Below the pieces are notes generated by a model, which was not told where the DNA came from, made no database searches, and saw only the letters and a list, made by a program, of their open reading frames with translations. Shown here in pieces: positions 11,282 through 23,700 of a stretch of 64,000 nucleotides of DNA (the first letter of the stretch is position 1; the number at the start of each line of letters is the position of its first letter). The stretch comes from Takakia lepidozioides (Eukaryota; Plantae; Bryophyta), in assembly GCA_030704615.1 (NCBI GenBank), contig CM060733.1, forward strand, positions 16,430,001 through 16,494,000, written 5' to 3'. The position numbers were made by a program, and so were the translations under genes.

Positions 11282-14200
11282 ATGACGCTCTTCCATTTCT
11301 TCAACTGCGCTGCTCTCACTTTCGGCCCCCATGCTGTCTACTACAAGGCCACCCCTTTGTATGTTTTTGGTTCTCTTTCTTTCTGATCTGTTATACAGTG
11401 GTTTTCTTTGTGGGCTCTGTTTGTCTTCCCGTGTCCGCAATCGGATCTGGTGTAATGACCAGGCTGCGTTTCCATCATGCTGTCTGGGTGTGATTGTGCG
11501 GCTCTTGCTATCCTGGCGAAGATGGTAGTTTGAGACGGGGTGTACTGAGGATACAGTTGGAAGTATCTCCGATCAATATGGGATTGGCAGACCTGGCAAG
11601 TTGGAAAATTCTTCGACAAATGCATTAGGCGTTTTCTTAATCCACTTTCTGAGTGGCGGCTTGATTGCAGGTCAGACTATGACACGTTGGGCTCATGTCT
11701 GAAGGCGGCGATCGTATACCTGGGCACCACTCTCATCAAGGTGCGGATTTTTATACCATTGTCGAGCTCTTGTGGAAAGGAAAATTTTCGACAATTGGGC
11801 ATGATCTCAATCAGTATGATGTATCAATGTGCACTATTACCTCATTCTCGGATTGAAGGTTGCAGATTTCTGTGGGTTGCAGCTGGTGTGTTTGGCGACA
11901 TTTCTTCAGGTCTCTGAAAATGATAGTTTTGATTTATACCAAGTACGTTATCCTTTCCACTCCTACTCAGATTTGAGGTCAGCTCCTTGTATTTCCTCTC
12001 ACATTGTCATCTTGCCATGGCACTTTAGATGCACTAAAAAATGAGTTCTGCAGCATCTGGTCGACATTAGAGGTGTCCCCAGGATAGATAGTAGATCGAG
12101 TTAAACATACATTTGTGGCTGGTAGCAAGCACAGTTGCTTTAACCTGTCCATTTCTGAATTTCGAGCAAACTTCTTGCAGCAGCCAATATGGGGAATACC
12201 TAGAAATTCTGTCCATCACAATGACTGAAATTTTCTCTGTACTTGAATGTTTACTGTTGTAAATTTGCATTTCCTTACTGTTGATTTGGATTTTGTGGTG
12301 GCTATGCTTTCCGCTTCCATAAATTACTTCAGGGCACAAAATCCAACCTCTCCTTGTGTGCTAGAGACCTCCCTGGTTAATTGTAGGAGTTGCTGTTTCC
12401 ATTAAGTTTTAGGGTTCAGGAAACGGCATCCATGCAATACTTGTTGTTTAGATTTAGAGTCACAGGGTCAAATGGAACCAGGTCGTAGCATATACTGTTG
12501 AACCCTTGGCCGTGGTACAAGTCTTGGGCTGCCATCACAGCTTAATAAGTTTTAGATCACAAAAAGGTTTCCTTAATACATCACTGCCTCATCTATCTAC
12601 TTTTGGGGAATTTCGCAGGAGCTGTTGAAGGCGCTCATCAGTTTTGTCGATGTGGCGGGGCTTTACTTTGCACTCACACAGCTAACCTACCGCAATATCT
12701 CTCAGAACCACAAATTCCAAGCAGTTGGACTCGGTAGGTTGCCAATGATTCCAGTTATCCTCTTGATAATGCTGGCATGGTGCATAACACAATCCTAACT
12801 GAGAATAAATCTATTTCTTCTTTGTCACATATAGCTGTCTTTTTGCACTCTTCCGTGATTGGTGTGAATTTTCTGCAAGTTGGCTTCTATGTCATGTCCC
12901 GGATGTGTGTTGCAGGGTGGGCATTTGCAGATGCTTTGTTGCATAGGCTGGCTCCACTGTGGGTGGGAGCTAGAGGCTTGGAATTCACTTGGGACTACCT
13001 CTTGCAAGGCCTCGAGTCAAATGCTAACCTGGTACTGCATCCTGAAAAGAAAACTCCTCTTTCTCTGTTGTTTTCCTGTGTCTTCAGGCAGTGTAAGGTG
13101 GCAACTTGCCATTCTACACCTTTGTTGGCTTTCAAAATCTTATTTGAGAATTTAGTTTTTGTCCTATAGGCCTAGGTGGTCCTTTTTTTGCCTCCTCTCT
13201 CCCTCTCTTGGCTACGGCAACAATGTCTTATGAGTATGTCCTCTCTCTCTTGAAATTGGGAAGGCCAGATCCAACAATTGAAGTTAAGGCCCACTACTGG
13301 TGCTTCCAAGCTGTACCGGGCCCCATATTGTGCACCTTGCATCCCTTTGTATTGTTCTTCCCTGTTATTCTGAGTGTCCAACTAGATGCATGTACATCAT
13401 CTCGCTCGCCCTCTCTCCAATGACCTTGTAATTTGTTCTTCGTTGGCTTCACACCTTGGTGGAATCAAATCCCATATGATTGTACCTCCACTGGTATGTA
13501 ATAGTCAAAATCTGATCAATACATCTTTCTAAAGCTGATGGATCAGTGGTGAAGCTTTGGCGATAAATTTTTCTAGTTCTCATTTTCGATGAAGTTGTTT
13601 TTACATTGACCAGATTCCATCTTGGTCTGATTACAGGTACTGACAGTATCACTTTCTGCACTGGGTTCACTGATGTGGCTGCGAAAGAGCAAACCTCCAA
13701 CTTTGATCCCCATCATCTATGCAAGTGCTGGCATTGTTGCAACCATGCCTTCTATCACCAGGTCTTTGGCCTTGTTGCCATCACTCACGGTTATCAGTAG
13801 ATGGAAAACTTATTCTTTCAGGCTTGTGGGTGTAGACTGTAACTGTTTTTAGTTCTTCAATTGATCCCGTTTGGGGGCAAGAAAAGGGTGGTTGATATCT
13901 GCCCACTCAACGTACTTACATGCAGGCTAAGCTCTTTATACCTTAACCATCCCATGCCAAATCTAGAAGCATGTCCAGATGTGTCGAGGCATGTTCTTGT
14001 CCCTCATGGAATTGAATGCTTTAAGCACTCCAGTTTGTCAATCAAGCTTGGACCATCTGCACGTAGATCCTACTGCCCAGCCTAGTAACCACACAGGGCT
14101 ACTGCGATGGAAAACCTGGAATCCTTTGGTGTGTTCAAATAAGCCTGGGCCCAATATCGGCCAAGTTCCAAAGAAGTAAAATCCAGAGGTAGCCTTGAAA

Positions 14201-14397
14201 ATCCACTCTCCCCGAACACTCTCCATTGGGGAAAGGCATGCTGACAGGATGTGTGGTTGTGTGATGAGTGTAGCTACTTGCGAAGAGGACTGGGCTGGGA
14301 CTTCTCCAAGGTGGTGAGTTTTGAGCTCTCAGCATCGGTGGCGATGGCCTTCATTACATGGCGCCTCTTCATTGCTTGCCAAAGACCCTCCGTGTGA
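11282..14397 (+). CDS. TMEM147: Transmembrane protein 147 (BOS complex subunit), 7 exons: 11282-11358, 11671-11740, 11883-11942, 12619-12733, 12916-13031, 13637-13761, 14274-14397 (228 aa)
   Basis: MTLFHFFNCAALTFGPHAVYYKATPLSDYDT...LVCLATFLQVSE...DVAGLYFALTQLTYRNISQNHKFQAVGLGWAFAD...LAPLWVGARGLEFTWDY...ACQRPSV*. GT-AG introns, phases consistent, 687 nt. Confidence 0.95.
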
Positions 14398-14894
14398 CCT
14401 TCAGTTCTTCTTTGTTTTTTCAGTTTTTGTTGAAAGTTGCGGATCACCCTCGAGTTGGTGTTGAATTGTATGCTGTTAGAGTGGTCCTGTGGAAGGAAGA
14501 AAGACGAGGAGAGGCTTTGTGCAGTAATGGGAAATATACATGGCACAATTTTTTGTGCATTCTGAGGCAGGCCTGTGTTACTTGTATGGCTGTAAGAGAT
14601 ATTAGTTGCATCACAAATTATTGAGATAAGCACACCTGGACATAGTGACTGCAAATGTCAAATGGCCGGCGGATCGTGTGAGAGAGTATTATTCTGTTTG
14701 TCTTTGCAATGGAAGGCAAGCTGCATTCTCGGTACCAAGTCCTGGGTGCGTTGGCTTTCTTTTATGCTGTTTCTAGTTACATTCCCCTTCAGCTTGAGAA
14801 GATAACCTGATCTTACGGAATGTATGGTGCTCGAAACAACAATGCACATACATTCTTGTGCACTGAGAGAGATATTTCAGTGGTGAAACCGATT

Positions 14895-16150
14895 CTATTA
14901 ACTATGTTGTGTTGGCTGTAGTCTAATATTGGCAGCGGTTCTGTTCCCACACACCAACAGTTTAGAACTGAAAGCTCCCCAGTCTATTGGCATCGAACGT
15001 GCTTGACGGGGGACGTGGGATGCAGCTATTTGATGTCTAGATAGTCATGTACAGTGTAGGATTATAGTTGGAAGGATCTGGGTTGAGCCAGTGTGGCATA
15101 CCATGAAGACCCAGTTAGACCCGAAGTTTCCCTCGGAATTTGTCTGCATAGCTCTGGTAGTGTGGTTCTTTCAGAATGCTAAGAGGTAAGAAACTTCATA
15201 ACATCTACTATCACATCAATATTCATGTCAGAAGTTCTCACTTTTTGGCTAGCCAATGGTCTCGAGACCAAAGATATGTAGAGTATCTACTGCATTTGTA
15301 GATCCTGCAAAACCACGGACAAGTGAGAACATACATATCAATATATGAATCGAGACGTTTGTTTTGTTTTGTTTTGTTTTGTCACGTTGAGATGGCCCAA
15401 ACTGCGAGGCCCCAGCACCGGTGTTTGGTACCGTTGGAAAGCCCTCGACGAGAAGGGGTGCACCGGCTTGGTCTCATAATTTTTGGACCTGCGGTGTGGG
15501 AGATATGGAATTTTGAGTACTTTAGGTCGCTGGGAATTTGGGAAAAATAGCAAAGTGGGCTTTCCTGGAGCAGTGATTGGGCCTTCCAACGTGGGAGATT
15601 TGAAATTTCAAGTGCTTTAGGTCGCTGGAAATTCGGCGAAAAGCAAAGTGGATATATCCATATATTAAGGATCGACAGGGGGAATTGCAAAAATAGCAAA
15701 GTGGGCTTTGGGATTGCACTTGGACTTATGTGACATTGGACACTGGAGGTCGCACTTGGGCCTGGGAGACGCACTTGGATACATAGGAGATTGCACTTGG
15801 GCTTAGATTTCAATTCTTCACACATTGGCCAATGGCACATGCTACCCTAGATCTCCCAAAGAGTGGGGTCTCTGGATACATAGGGGATTGCACTTGGAGA
15901 TAGATGGCACTAGACACTTGCACGGCACAGGCTACACTAGAGATCGCACTTGGGCCTCAACATAAGAGACGCATTGACATACATAGGGGATTGCGCTTGG
16001 GCTTAGATGACACTGGACACTTGGGCCAACGGCACAAGCTACCCTAGTATGCAATAGATTCACCCAGTTCAAGGAAATGAGCATTCTCTTGCAGATGATA
16101 CAAGCGCAGATCCTGATCCGTGTTGTGACCGGAGCTCAAACAATAATACG
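14895..16150 (+). repeat. Diverged duplicate of the sequence immediately 3' of the WSD stop (~25412-25975), interrupted here by a Helitron
   Basis: Shared blocks such as ttctgttcccacacac, tagaactgaaagctccccagtct, gggatgcagctatttgatgtctagatagtcatgt, gtgtggttctttcagaatgc.aagaggtaagaaa. Similarity resumes after 16047 (tgcaat...agttc.aggaaat.agca...agatcctgat). Confidence 0.85.
15338..16047 (+). mobile_element. Complete ~710-bp non-autonomous Helitron
   Basis: 5' TC, 3' CTAG, inserted between A(15337) and T(16048) without TSD. Subterminal hairpin cttgggcc-aac-ggcacaag lies just before ctaccCTAG. The paralogous empty site catacata|tttgcaat is present at ~25835-25849. Confidence 0.88.
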
Positions 16151-16639
16151 GTAAAGATGAAACTACGCATCATTGCTAAGCAGTTGTTGTGCCTTCCCCA
16201 GGTATCATCTTCTCTCATTTGTTATAAACCACTTCCATGATGTGCGTTCTCCATGTAACACACTCAAGCAACATCTTTGTCATTGAACAACTTACGAGAA
16301 ACAAATGGATGAACTTTTAAGTATGGATGAAAGTAGATTCCACTATTCACAAATAGGAGCCCTAGGCGACTAGCCGCTTGTTGAGAACCATGGGGTATTA
16401 CCATTTTGAACCCTATCATATACCCTGCACCACAACAGTTCTTACTTTTGATAAAAAAGGCAAACCTCAGGACTGTAGATCTCGATATACATGGTCCTAT
16501 ATACAATACCAATCTAACATCATTGGTGAATTTGCACTCCATTTGCATGGTTTACATTGAATACTCTTTAATGCTTGTGAGTCGAGGTGTTTGACGAGTG
16601 TATAACATCTCAACTCAAGTAGCGGTTTTCTGAAGCTAC

Positions 16640-17140
16640 AACCCTACATGTCATGTTTTGATTGCTGAGCATTTTACGTCTTCTCTTTTGGTACATGAGA
16701 TTGCCCTTGTTTAATAACAATTTACTTGACCAAGTACAACCAAGATAGCTTTGTGTGCTTTTGGACAGAAACAAATGCCGGAAGCCTTGCCACATTAAAT
16801 GGTATGTTGGCCTCAAAGAAAAACTGCGTCCATTTTTTATCCAGCTGTCTTTTTGTAGACAAGTTAAGACCTTCCTGCATGGATTGCTGCCGTAATCCTC
16901 TACTCCGTTGAAATGTAGGGGTATAAAGAGGTATTAAAGCAGGTGTTGCTCCGGCACAACCCACTTGTCCAAGGACACCTAAAGCCTCACAAGAGTTGCC
17001 TTGGAAGCCACAATGGTAAAAGGTGCGCATCCTCCTCTTGGGCTACACTCTTATTCAATAGAAGAGAACACCCAAAGCAACCTCAAGTGTTTGCGCCAAA
17101 AGAATTGAGGAGCTTGGTGATCATGCTCCCTTATATATGA
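16640..17140 (-). pseudogene. hAT-superfamily (DUF659-type) transposase fragment, N-terminal half
   Basis: QLDKKWTQFFFEANIPFNVARLPAF resembles the conserved FFY..GIPFNVA.SP.F motif. Frameshifted and truncated. Confidence 0.7.
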
Positions 17141-17245
17141 TCCAGAAAAGATAAAAGTGAAATGAAAGTGAAATGAATAAATGACGAACTAATAGTGCCC
17201 ACCCGAAAAAGGCGGTACAACCATATTTGTTATAATTTTGAAATT

Positions 17246-18165
17246 AAGCGACCGCTAATACTGCGGTCGCTATTTTTTATTTTTTATAGAAAAAAGACAA
17301 CCGCCACTATTGCGGTCGTTTTTATTTCCTTTCATTTTGTGCAATATTGCGATCACTTCTATTTTGTATATTTTCAAATTTAAGTGACCGCCCGTATAGC
17401 GGTCGCTATTATTTTTTATTTCAAAATATAATGCGACTGCCGGTATGGCGGTCGCTTCATTTGTTTATATATGTAAAATAAAGTGACCGCCAATATGGTG
17501 GTCGCTTCTATTCTTAATATTTTTAAAAGAACGCAACCGCCAGTAAGGCAGTCGCTTTTAATCTTTATATTTTCAAGTTTAAGCAACCTCCAGGCTGACG
17601 GTCGCTTTTATTTTATATATTATTAAATTTAAGCGACCGCCAGTTTGGCGGTCGCAAATATTTTCTTTATTTTAAAATAAGCGACCACCAGTGTGGCGGT
17701 CGCTTTTATTCTCATATGTCACTTGTTTTTTTATATAATTTTAAATTTACCGACCGCCATATGGTGGTCGTTTGTTTTTCTATATATTTTTGAAATTAAG
17801 TGACCACCGAATGGCGGTCGTTTATTCTTTTATATATTTTTGAAATTATCCGACCGCCATATGGCGGTCGCTTGTTCTGTATATATTTGTAAAATTGTGC
17901 GACCGTCAATACGGCAGTCGCTTGTTTTCTTTTTTAAATTAGGCGAACGCCAATGCGACCGCTAATCTTGCTTTTGTTTAAAAATAAATTGAAGCGACCA
18001 ACAATATGGCGGTCGTTATTTTTTTATTTTTTTCGAAAAATAAAGCGACCGCCAGTGTGACCACCAATCTTCCTCTTAAGAAAGAAAAAAATTGAAGCGA
18101 CCAGCGGTCGCTATTTTTTTTTAAATTTTGAAAAACAAAGCGACCGCCATAATTGGCGGTCGCGT
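17246..18165. repeat. Array of ~15-18 palindromic 22-24-bp units (gcgaccgcc-N4-5-ggcggtcgc) at ~50-bp period with AT-rich spacers
   Basis: Units start at ~17248, 17299, 17384, 17433, 17483, 17533, 17583, 17633, 17681, 17750, 17800, 17850, 17899, 17994, 18140. Confidence 0.9.
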
Positions 18166-18543
18166 TCAATTTTTTAATTTTCAAAATGTATTTGCCACCG
18201 CCACCGTGTGGGCGACGTGGCTGCTTAAGTGGCAGTATTTTACCTGGTACTATTTTTATCAGAATATTCCTCAAACCTGACGTGACGGAGGTCCCGTCAG
18301 CGTTAGGTCAGACCTGACGCTGACGCTGACAGACGAACGTGATGCTGATAACCGGGACACATGGCATATGGAGGACAAGCCTCAAAGAAGACAATGCGAC
18401 GCTGGAAAGGCCCGTAAAGCACCCTCGGAGTCCAGATCCACGTACGTGTCTCCGACTTATCACGATTTCCGCACATGATTGCTAGAAGATACCATGACCG
18501 AGCTTATCTAAAATGTCAACGATATGACAGGCGAGTGCATCAG

Positions 18544-18860
18544 AAAATATGGAAGCACTATGTGTGCCGATGGTTGGAGTTCTGTTACAAACAGACCATT
18601 GTTCAATGTCATGCTCGTATGTCCAGCTGGGGAACAATTATTGGAAGAAATGTGAAAACTTTGTTTATATAATAGAGCCTGTCACGGACATAGCCCAGAG
18701 GAACTTACCAAGAGTAAATATCAGAATTCACCAAATTACCATGTTACCGGAAATTAGAGAGACAAAGAAAGAGCTCTACAACCTCCATAGGAGGCTCAAG
18801 AGAGTGAGACGGTCAATGGCAACAATCTTTACCCGTGTTCTTTGGGGTAATGGCCTTTGA
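18544..18860 (+). pseudogene. hAT (DUF659) transposase fragment, catalytic region with internal deletions
   Basis: Frame from 18545 reads KYGSTMCADGWSSVTNRPLFNVMLVCPAGEQLL (cf. G.TIMSDGW...RPLINF.V.CP.G), followed by WKKCENFVYIIEPV. Confidence 0.75.
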
Positions 18861-20290
18861 CAGCAGGCAAGCCATGGCAGACATGGCAACGAGCAGAGCT
18901 TGTAGGGGTACATATAACGTTATGCCTCCACCACCAGTCTTATGGAAGTCTCCACCGCCGCCTCCCAAGGCTATATACGGAGGTGCTGAGTGCTCACCTT
19001 ATGTACTACTTTTACATATATAATAACTACTTTAGTTAGTATTTAGCTGAATAACCCCCCCCCCCCCCCCAAAATAAAAAAAAATTGGAAACAAGCATCT
19101 AAAATAAGCATCTAACTAAATTAGACAGAGATCTGAGAAATCACTCTGGTTGTAGAACTATCCAATCAGCTACCTACAACGATGCCTCACGACGAAGGTG
19201 TGACTCTCAGACGTAGAATGTGTGTCTCTCTCTCACCGGCAGAGACACCGAGGCCTTACAAATCGCGTGTGGGCCTGGAGCTTGAACACTTCTAATTCTA
19301 TCCTTCACCCGCAGTCAATACTGTACGGTGGGGTGGGGCCTAGTATGTCATGATTTCCATTGGGTGGACAGTCTGGCAGCGGCCGTCACTGGCGTTCCCG
19401 AAGACCCATACTTTGAAATATGAGAAGCACCTCAAATTTGGGTGAGTACCTTCTTGTACTGCACGCCACAAGAACAAACGATGGACGTCCAATGCATCAC
19501 AGTCTTCTTCGTCCCCAGGAATGGGCACATCAGGAATAAAAAGAAAGGATACTTGACTTGAAGAGCAAGCACAGAGCTGCAATTGTGAAAAAGGCGGAGC
19601 ATGACTGACGAGGCTCGGTTTGATGTGGTACCGACATTGATTACTTTTCAATGAAAGATTTGTGAGTAATGGTACGGTGGGTGGTTTTCTCCCAGATTGG
19701 GCAAGAAAAGCCTAACAAAGTCTCCAGCAGTAGGTAAGTAACATTAATTTGTGGTTCTGAGTGGCGAAAGGAACAACCCACCAAGAACTTCGTGCTCACC
19801 TTTCTTCGGAAAACAACAAAAACGTGGACTAGAACTGTAGTGTCTTAGAAGCTTCAGTTGCGAATAATTAGTGTCTGCTTCCCTCGTCCGGCAGATCTCG
19901 ACTCATCGTAGCTCGGCTGCTAGTATTATGCGGCCGTTATAATTAGTGCCGGTAATTATGTTCTCGAGTGGCTCAACAGTGCCCAGTTTTCATCTAACGT
20001 CGGCAAGGAGGATAAGGGTGCCCTCGTAGTGGAGTTAGCTGAGAAAGAGCGGAGGGAGAGCGACAGCGATTAACTCAGGAGGTCGACAGGGATGAGTTGA
20101 TGACACGATAGAAATTTTCTTAGTTCTTTGACAAACTGGGGGACAGCAGACTCATCTTGGTCAGAAGGACCACCTTTCATGCTGCCCGTTGGGTGAATGG
20201 TCGGTGGTCTTGAGCAAGTGACGTCTGGAGGGGACGACGGGCTTCCTGAGGAGCTGAGTCTACATTCCATTGCATCACCACTAGAAGGGA

Positions 20291-20680
20291 ATGGGGTCAG
20301 ATGGACTAGCGTTAGATACAGGAGTGAGGCTGCGTGCAATTCACACAAGGGACGAGGTCTCGCCGGCCTCTTCAGCCAATGAGCAAGACGAGGAAGAGCC
20401 AGTCACTCCAGCCGGCAGAGTGTTTTGTGAGCCTGGGTTTTTCTGCACAATTCTGTGCACGGTCGGATTTCAGAACCAGATTGATCTGGCAGAATTTAAG
20501 AAGACGTTGCTGGAAACGATTGTGAATCACAAGCGCTTCTCCAGTATCATGGTAGTTATTCTCCTGCTCTTCCCTGACGTCTCTACGCCTTTATCTGATA
20601 TATTCAGTGTTATGCTCTGAAGAATCTTACATGTAGTTCACTTCTGTCCTGAAGTGAACTACCCTTGTTATCTCTACATA

Positions 20681-20748
<68 letters not shown>

Positions 20749-23700
20749 CAGCTTACCCTTTACCCTCTATCGGCAGCTTACCACGGGACTTCGTGCGTTC
20801 TATAGTTACTTTCTCTCTAGGAGTCTGTGACATCTTGTCGGTCCCATATACACGCCTCTCCTGCAGCTCCTTTGGAAATTTGCCGCTCAGACAAAGGGTA
20901 TGTGTAGAATCAAAGGTTCCCAGCGCCTGCCATCAACAAAACAACTTGGTACACCTCAAATCTTGAGCCTTGTTCCACTTATAAACCGAAAACGCCCATA
21001 CAGGACGCGAGATGGCTTAGGGATCAGAAGAGTGCTTCCATTGTAGATAATCTCGCAGCGGAGTCCAAAATTCTACATCCCCTTCGTCTCTTCTTTCAGT
21101 GGAGTTGGCTTCTGTGATCTCATGCAGATGCCATAATTTGAACTAATTTTAGTGCAGGCCAAAGTTAGGGCCACTTTAGACTACGGACCAAGACCAAGAA
21201 ACCTGTGTACCAATTTGCTTCGAATTGGTTCAGATATGGGTCCCGAGCACTATGAACTTCTTGGAAGCTTGGTCACGCGGTGATTCCCCCCTTGTACCGT
21301 CACGGCCTCCAAGGTGGTTACTTTTTCCACCTAGTGCAATATATTTTCTGGACTCTGCTCCTGTTCCTTAAATATATATATATTGGTCCCGACTCCCAAG
21401 ATACATATTAAAATATTAATATCCTGGGGACGAAAGTGGGTGTGTGAAAAGGCCTTGGGACCAAGAAACTTAAAATGAGGCTTATTTATCAACTTCTATC
21501 ACATTCATCTTTCCCACTTGACATTCAAGATTGATTCTAACGGATGGTCAAGATCGTTTGAGAAAAGTATAGTTTAATGTTTCCATACTTGGTCCGGGGT
21601 CCAAGAGTTGGTCTCCAAACCACATGGGTTCCTTTCTGGGTCGCTAGACCAACAATCTCCCGCCATAATCAACCCCACTTACACGCCATGTCATTCCTAA
21701 CTTCGTTGGTCTTGGTCTGGACAGTAGGCTAAAGTGGGCCTTATTGGGGATGAGACGCTGTCAGTGCTTAAATCAAAGGAATGAAGTAATCATTTGAAAG
21801 GTAGGATATTGTTGTATGTATTTCCTGATGGGAGTGCACCTGCCACTATGCAGAAGAAGAACAAGCAGGGGATAGATGTGTGGGTGCGGACAGAGGTGGA
21901 TATCGATGCCCACGTCTTCGAGCTACAAGGTTTCTCCCCATCACAGATTGCAGCCCCCTCATTTGTGGAAAACTATATTGCAGAGCTTGCACTGGCTCCT
22001 CCTTTGAGAATGTCACATCCTCTTTGGGATTGCAGAGTGGTGAATGGAACATCTGGAGATTCCTCTGCCAATGCATTTTTCCGTATGCATCATTCTTTGG
22101 GAGATGGGACATCTCTTATGTCCCTTTTCTTAGCTTGCACCAGGCGTGTGGATAGGCCTGACTTACTCCCCTCAATTCCTACCAAGAAACCTCCTTCAGA
22201 TGGTTCTGCAGATGCCCCACCTGTGGCTGAGGTTCAGGGTGGAAGGAAGCCAATGACTGCGACTAAACACAAGGCCACTGCATATGATTCTCTGTTCAGA
22301 ACGGTTTGGAAAATGGTAGTTATTATATGGAACACCTTGTTGGGCATCACCAACTTTTTGGCTACAGTTTTGTGGCTGAAAGACAGTCAGACAGTGATGA
22401 AGGGGTCTTCTGGTGTTGAAAATCTGCCAAAACAATTCGCATATACCTCAATAAATCTTGATGATATGCGGGCAGTGAAGAATTCTGTCAATGGGGTATG
22501 TTTCATTCCTCCCTACCTTGTCAATGCAGCCTGATTACCCTACCGCCAATTACCCAAAGACTACGGATAGAACCGAGACTGTGATGTCACAAAACTAGAA
22601 TGGGCCCAGTATCAATTTACAGGAGGGTAATGCACTATGGGTAGATGTAAACGGTCCTGCAACTATGGGTAATAAGGTGCTGGTTGCATAATTTGACCAT
22701 AGCATTGAAGTCATCTGTGGGTACAGCTCATCCTTCTCAGTACACTGGAGTTACCCCTTGGTTTGACAGCCTTGAGGAGAAGACATGCAACGGACATATT
22801 TGTTCATGGTTTTTGGGAATAGTTGCAGGAGATCCCCCCTTATCTACCGTTTTAGGCTAAGTGAGCAAGGGACTCCAGGAATGCTCTTTGGTTGGGGACC
22901 ATTGTATGATAATGGTCAGATGCAAATCATCTTGGTTGGTTTGCAGCCCCCTGAACGTTACAAATTGCCTACGTGTTCATTTGAAGAAAGCCCCTCTTTC
23001 CTACTACTTAACCAAAAAAGACTCTTTCATAAGTGCTTGACAAAAATATGGGGGGCACACTATGCCTGAATGTTACGGTGAATATTGGTGGTGACAGACA
23101 ATTAATGATGTCTTCATGGCCATCATCTCAGTAGGCCTCCAACGCTATTTGGAGGATCGTCGTGAGCAAGAGACCTCCATCAAGCTGACTGGTATGCAAT
23201 CTGGTCTTATGCGTGTATCGCCAATTTGCATCACAGGAGTGGTACCCATATACAAACAGACGTGAATATGTGTGTGAACTTCCACACAAGTATTTTTCGT
23301 ATACCTGTAAAACATCACGTACATATACAGTCTTGTGTGCCTTTTCCTTGCAGAGAGTGAGTTTACATTAACAAGCATATTGGCAAGTATTCAATCTCTA
23401 TGATTGTAAGCTACTGATGAACTGCTATGGTGATTGGAGAATATGGAAGAAGGGGAGCAGGATGATGTGGGAAGGAAGGGGACAAGGGAAGCCATGAGCA
23501 CAAAATCTCAATCAACGAAAAATGGGGTTGTCACTCCATCAGCCAAGAAGAGACCAAAACTGGAAACACTGCGAATAAGGGCATCAGCCCTGATGAACAC
23601 CAGAGAATCACCAGGCCTACAAGTATGCAAGATACTGTATTAGCTAGATTAGCTAGACAAATATACTCAGGCACACAAAACCAAACAGCTAACAATCTGA

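Noticed and set aside
4430-14850. Numerous 60-150-aa ORFs on either strand across the EPL1 and TMEM147 genes
   Set aside because: Antisense shadows or intron read-throughs of the spliced genes, with no independent motifs.
17246-18165. CRISPR array
   Set aside because: Eukaryotic intron-containing context, no cas genes, degenerate repeats, and spacers that are mutually similar low-complexity A/T tracts.
19056-19070. Poly-C tract as a regulatory G-quadruplex
   Set aside because: Simple homopolymer with no supporting context.
20197-20382. Separate small gene or alternative WSD N-terminus
   Set aside because: Out of frame with WSD and has no recognisable motif. At most an overlapping upstream ORF.
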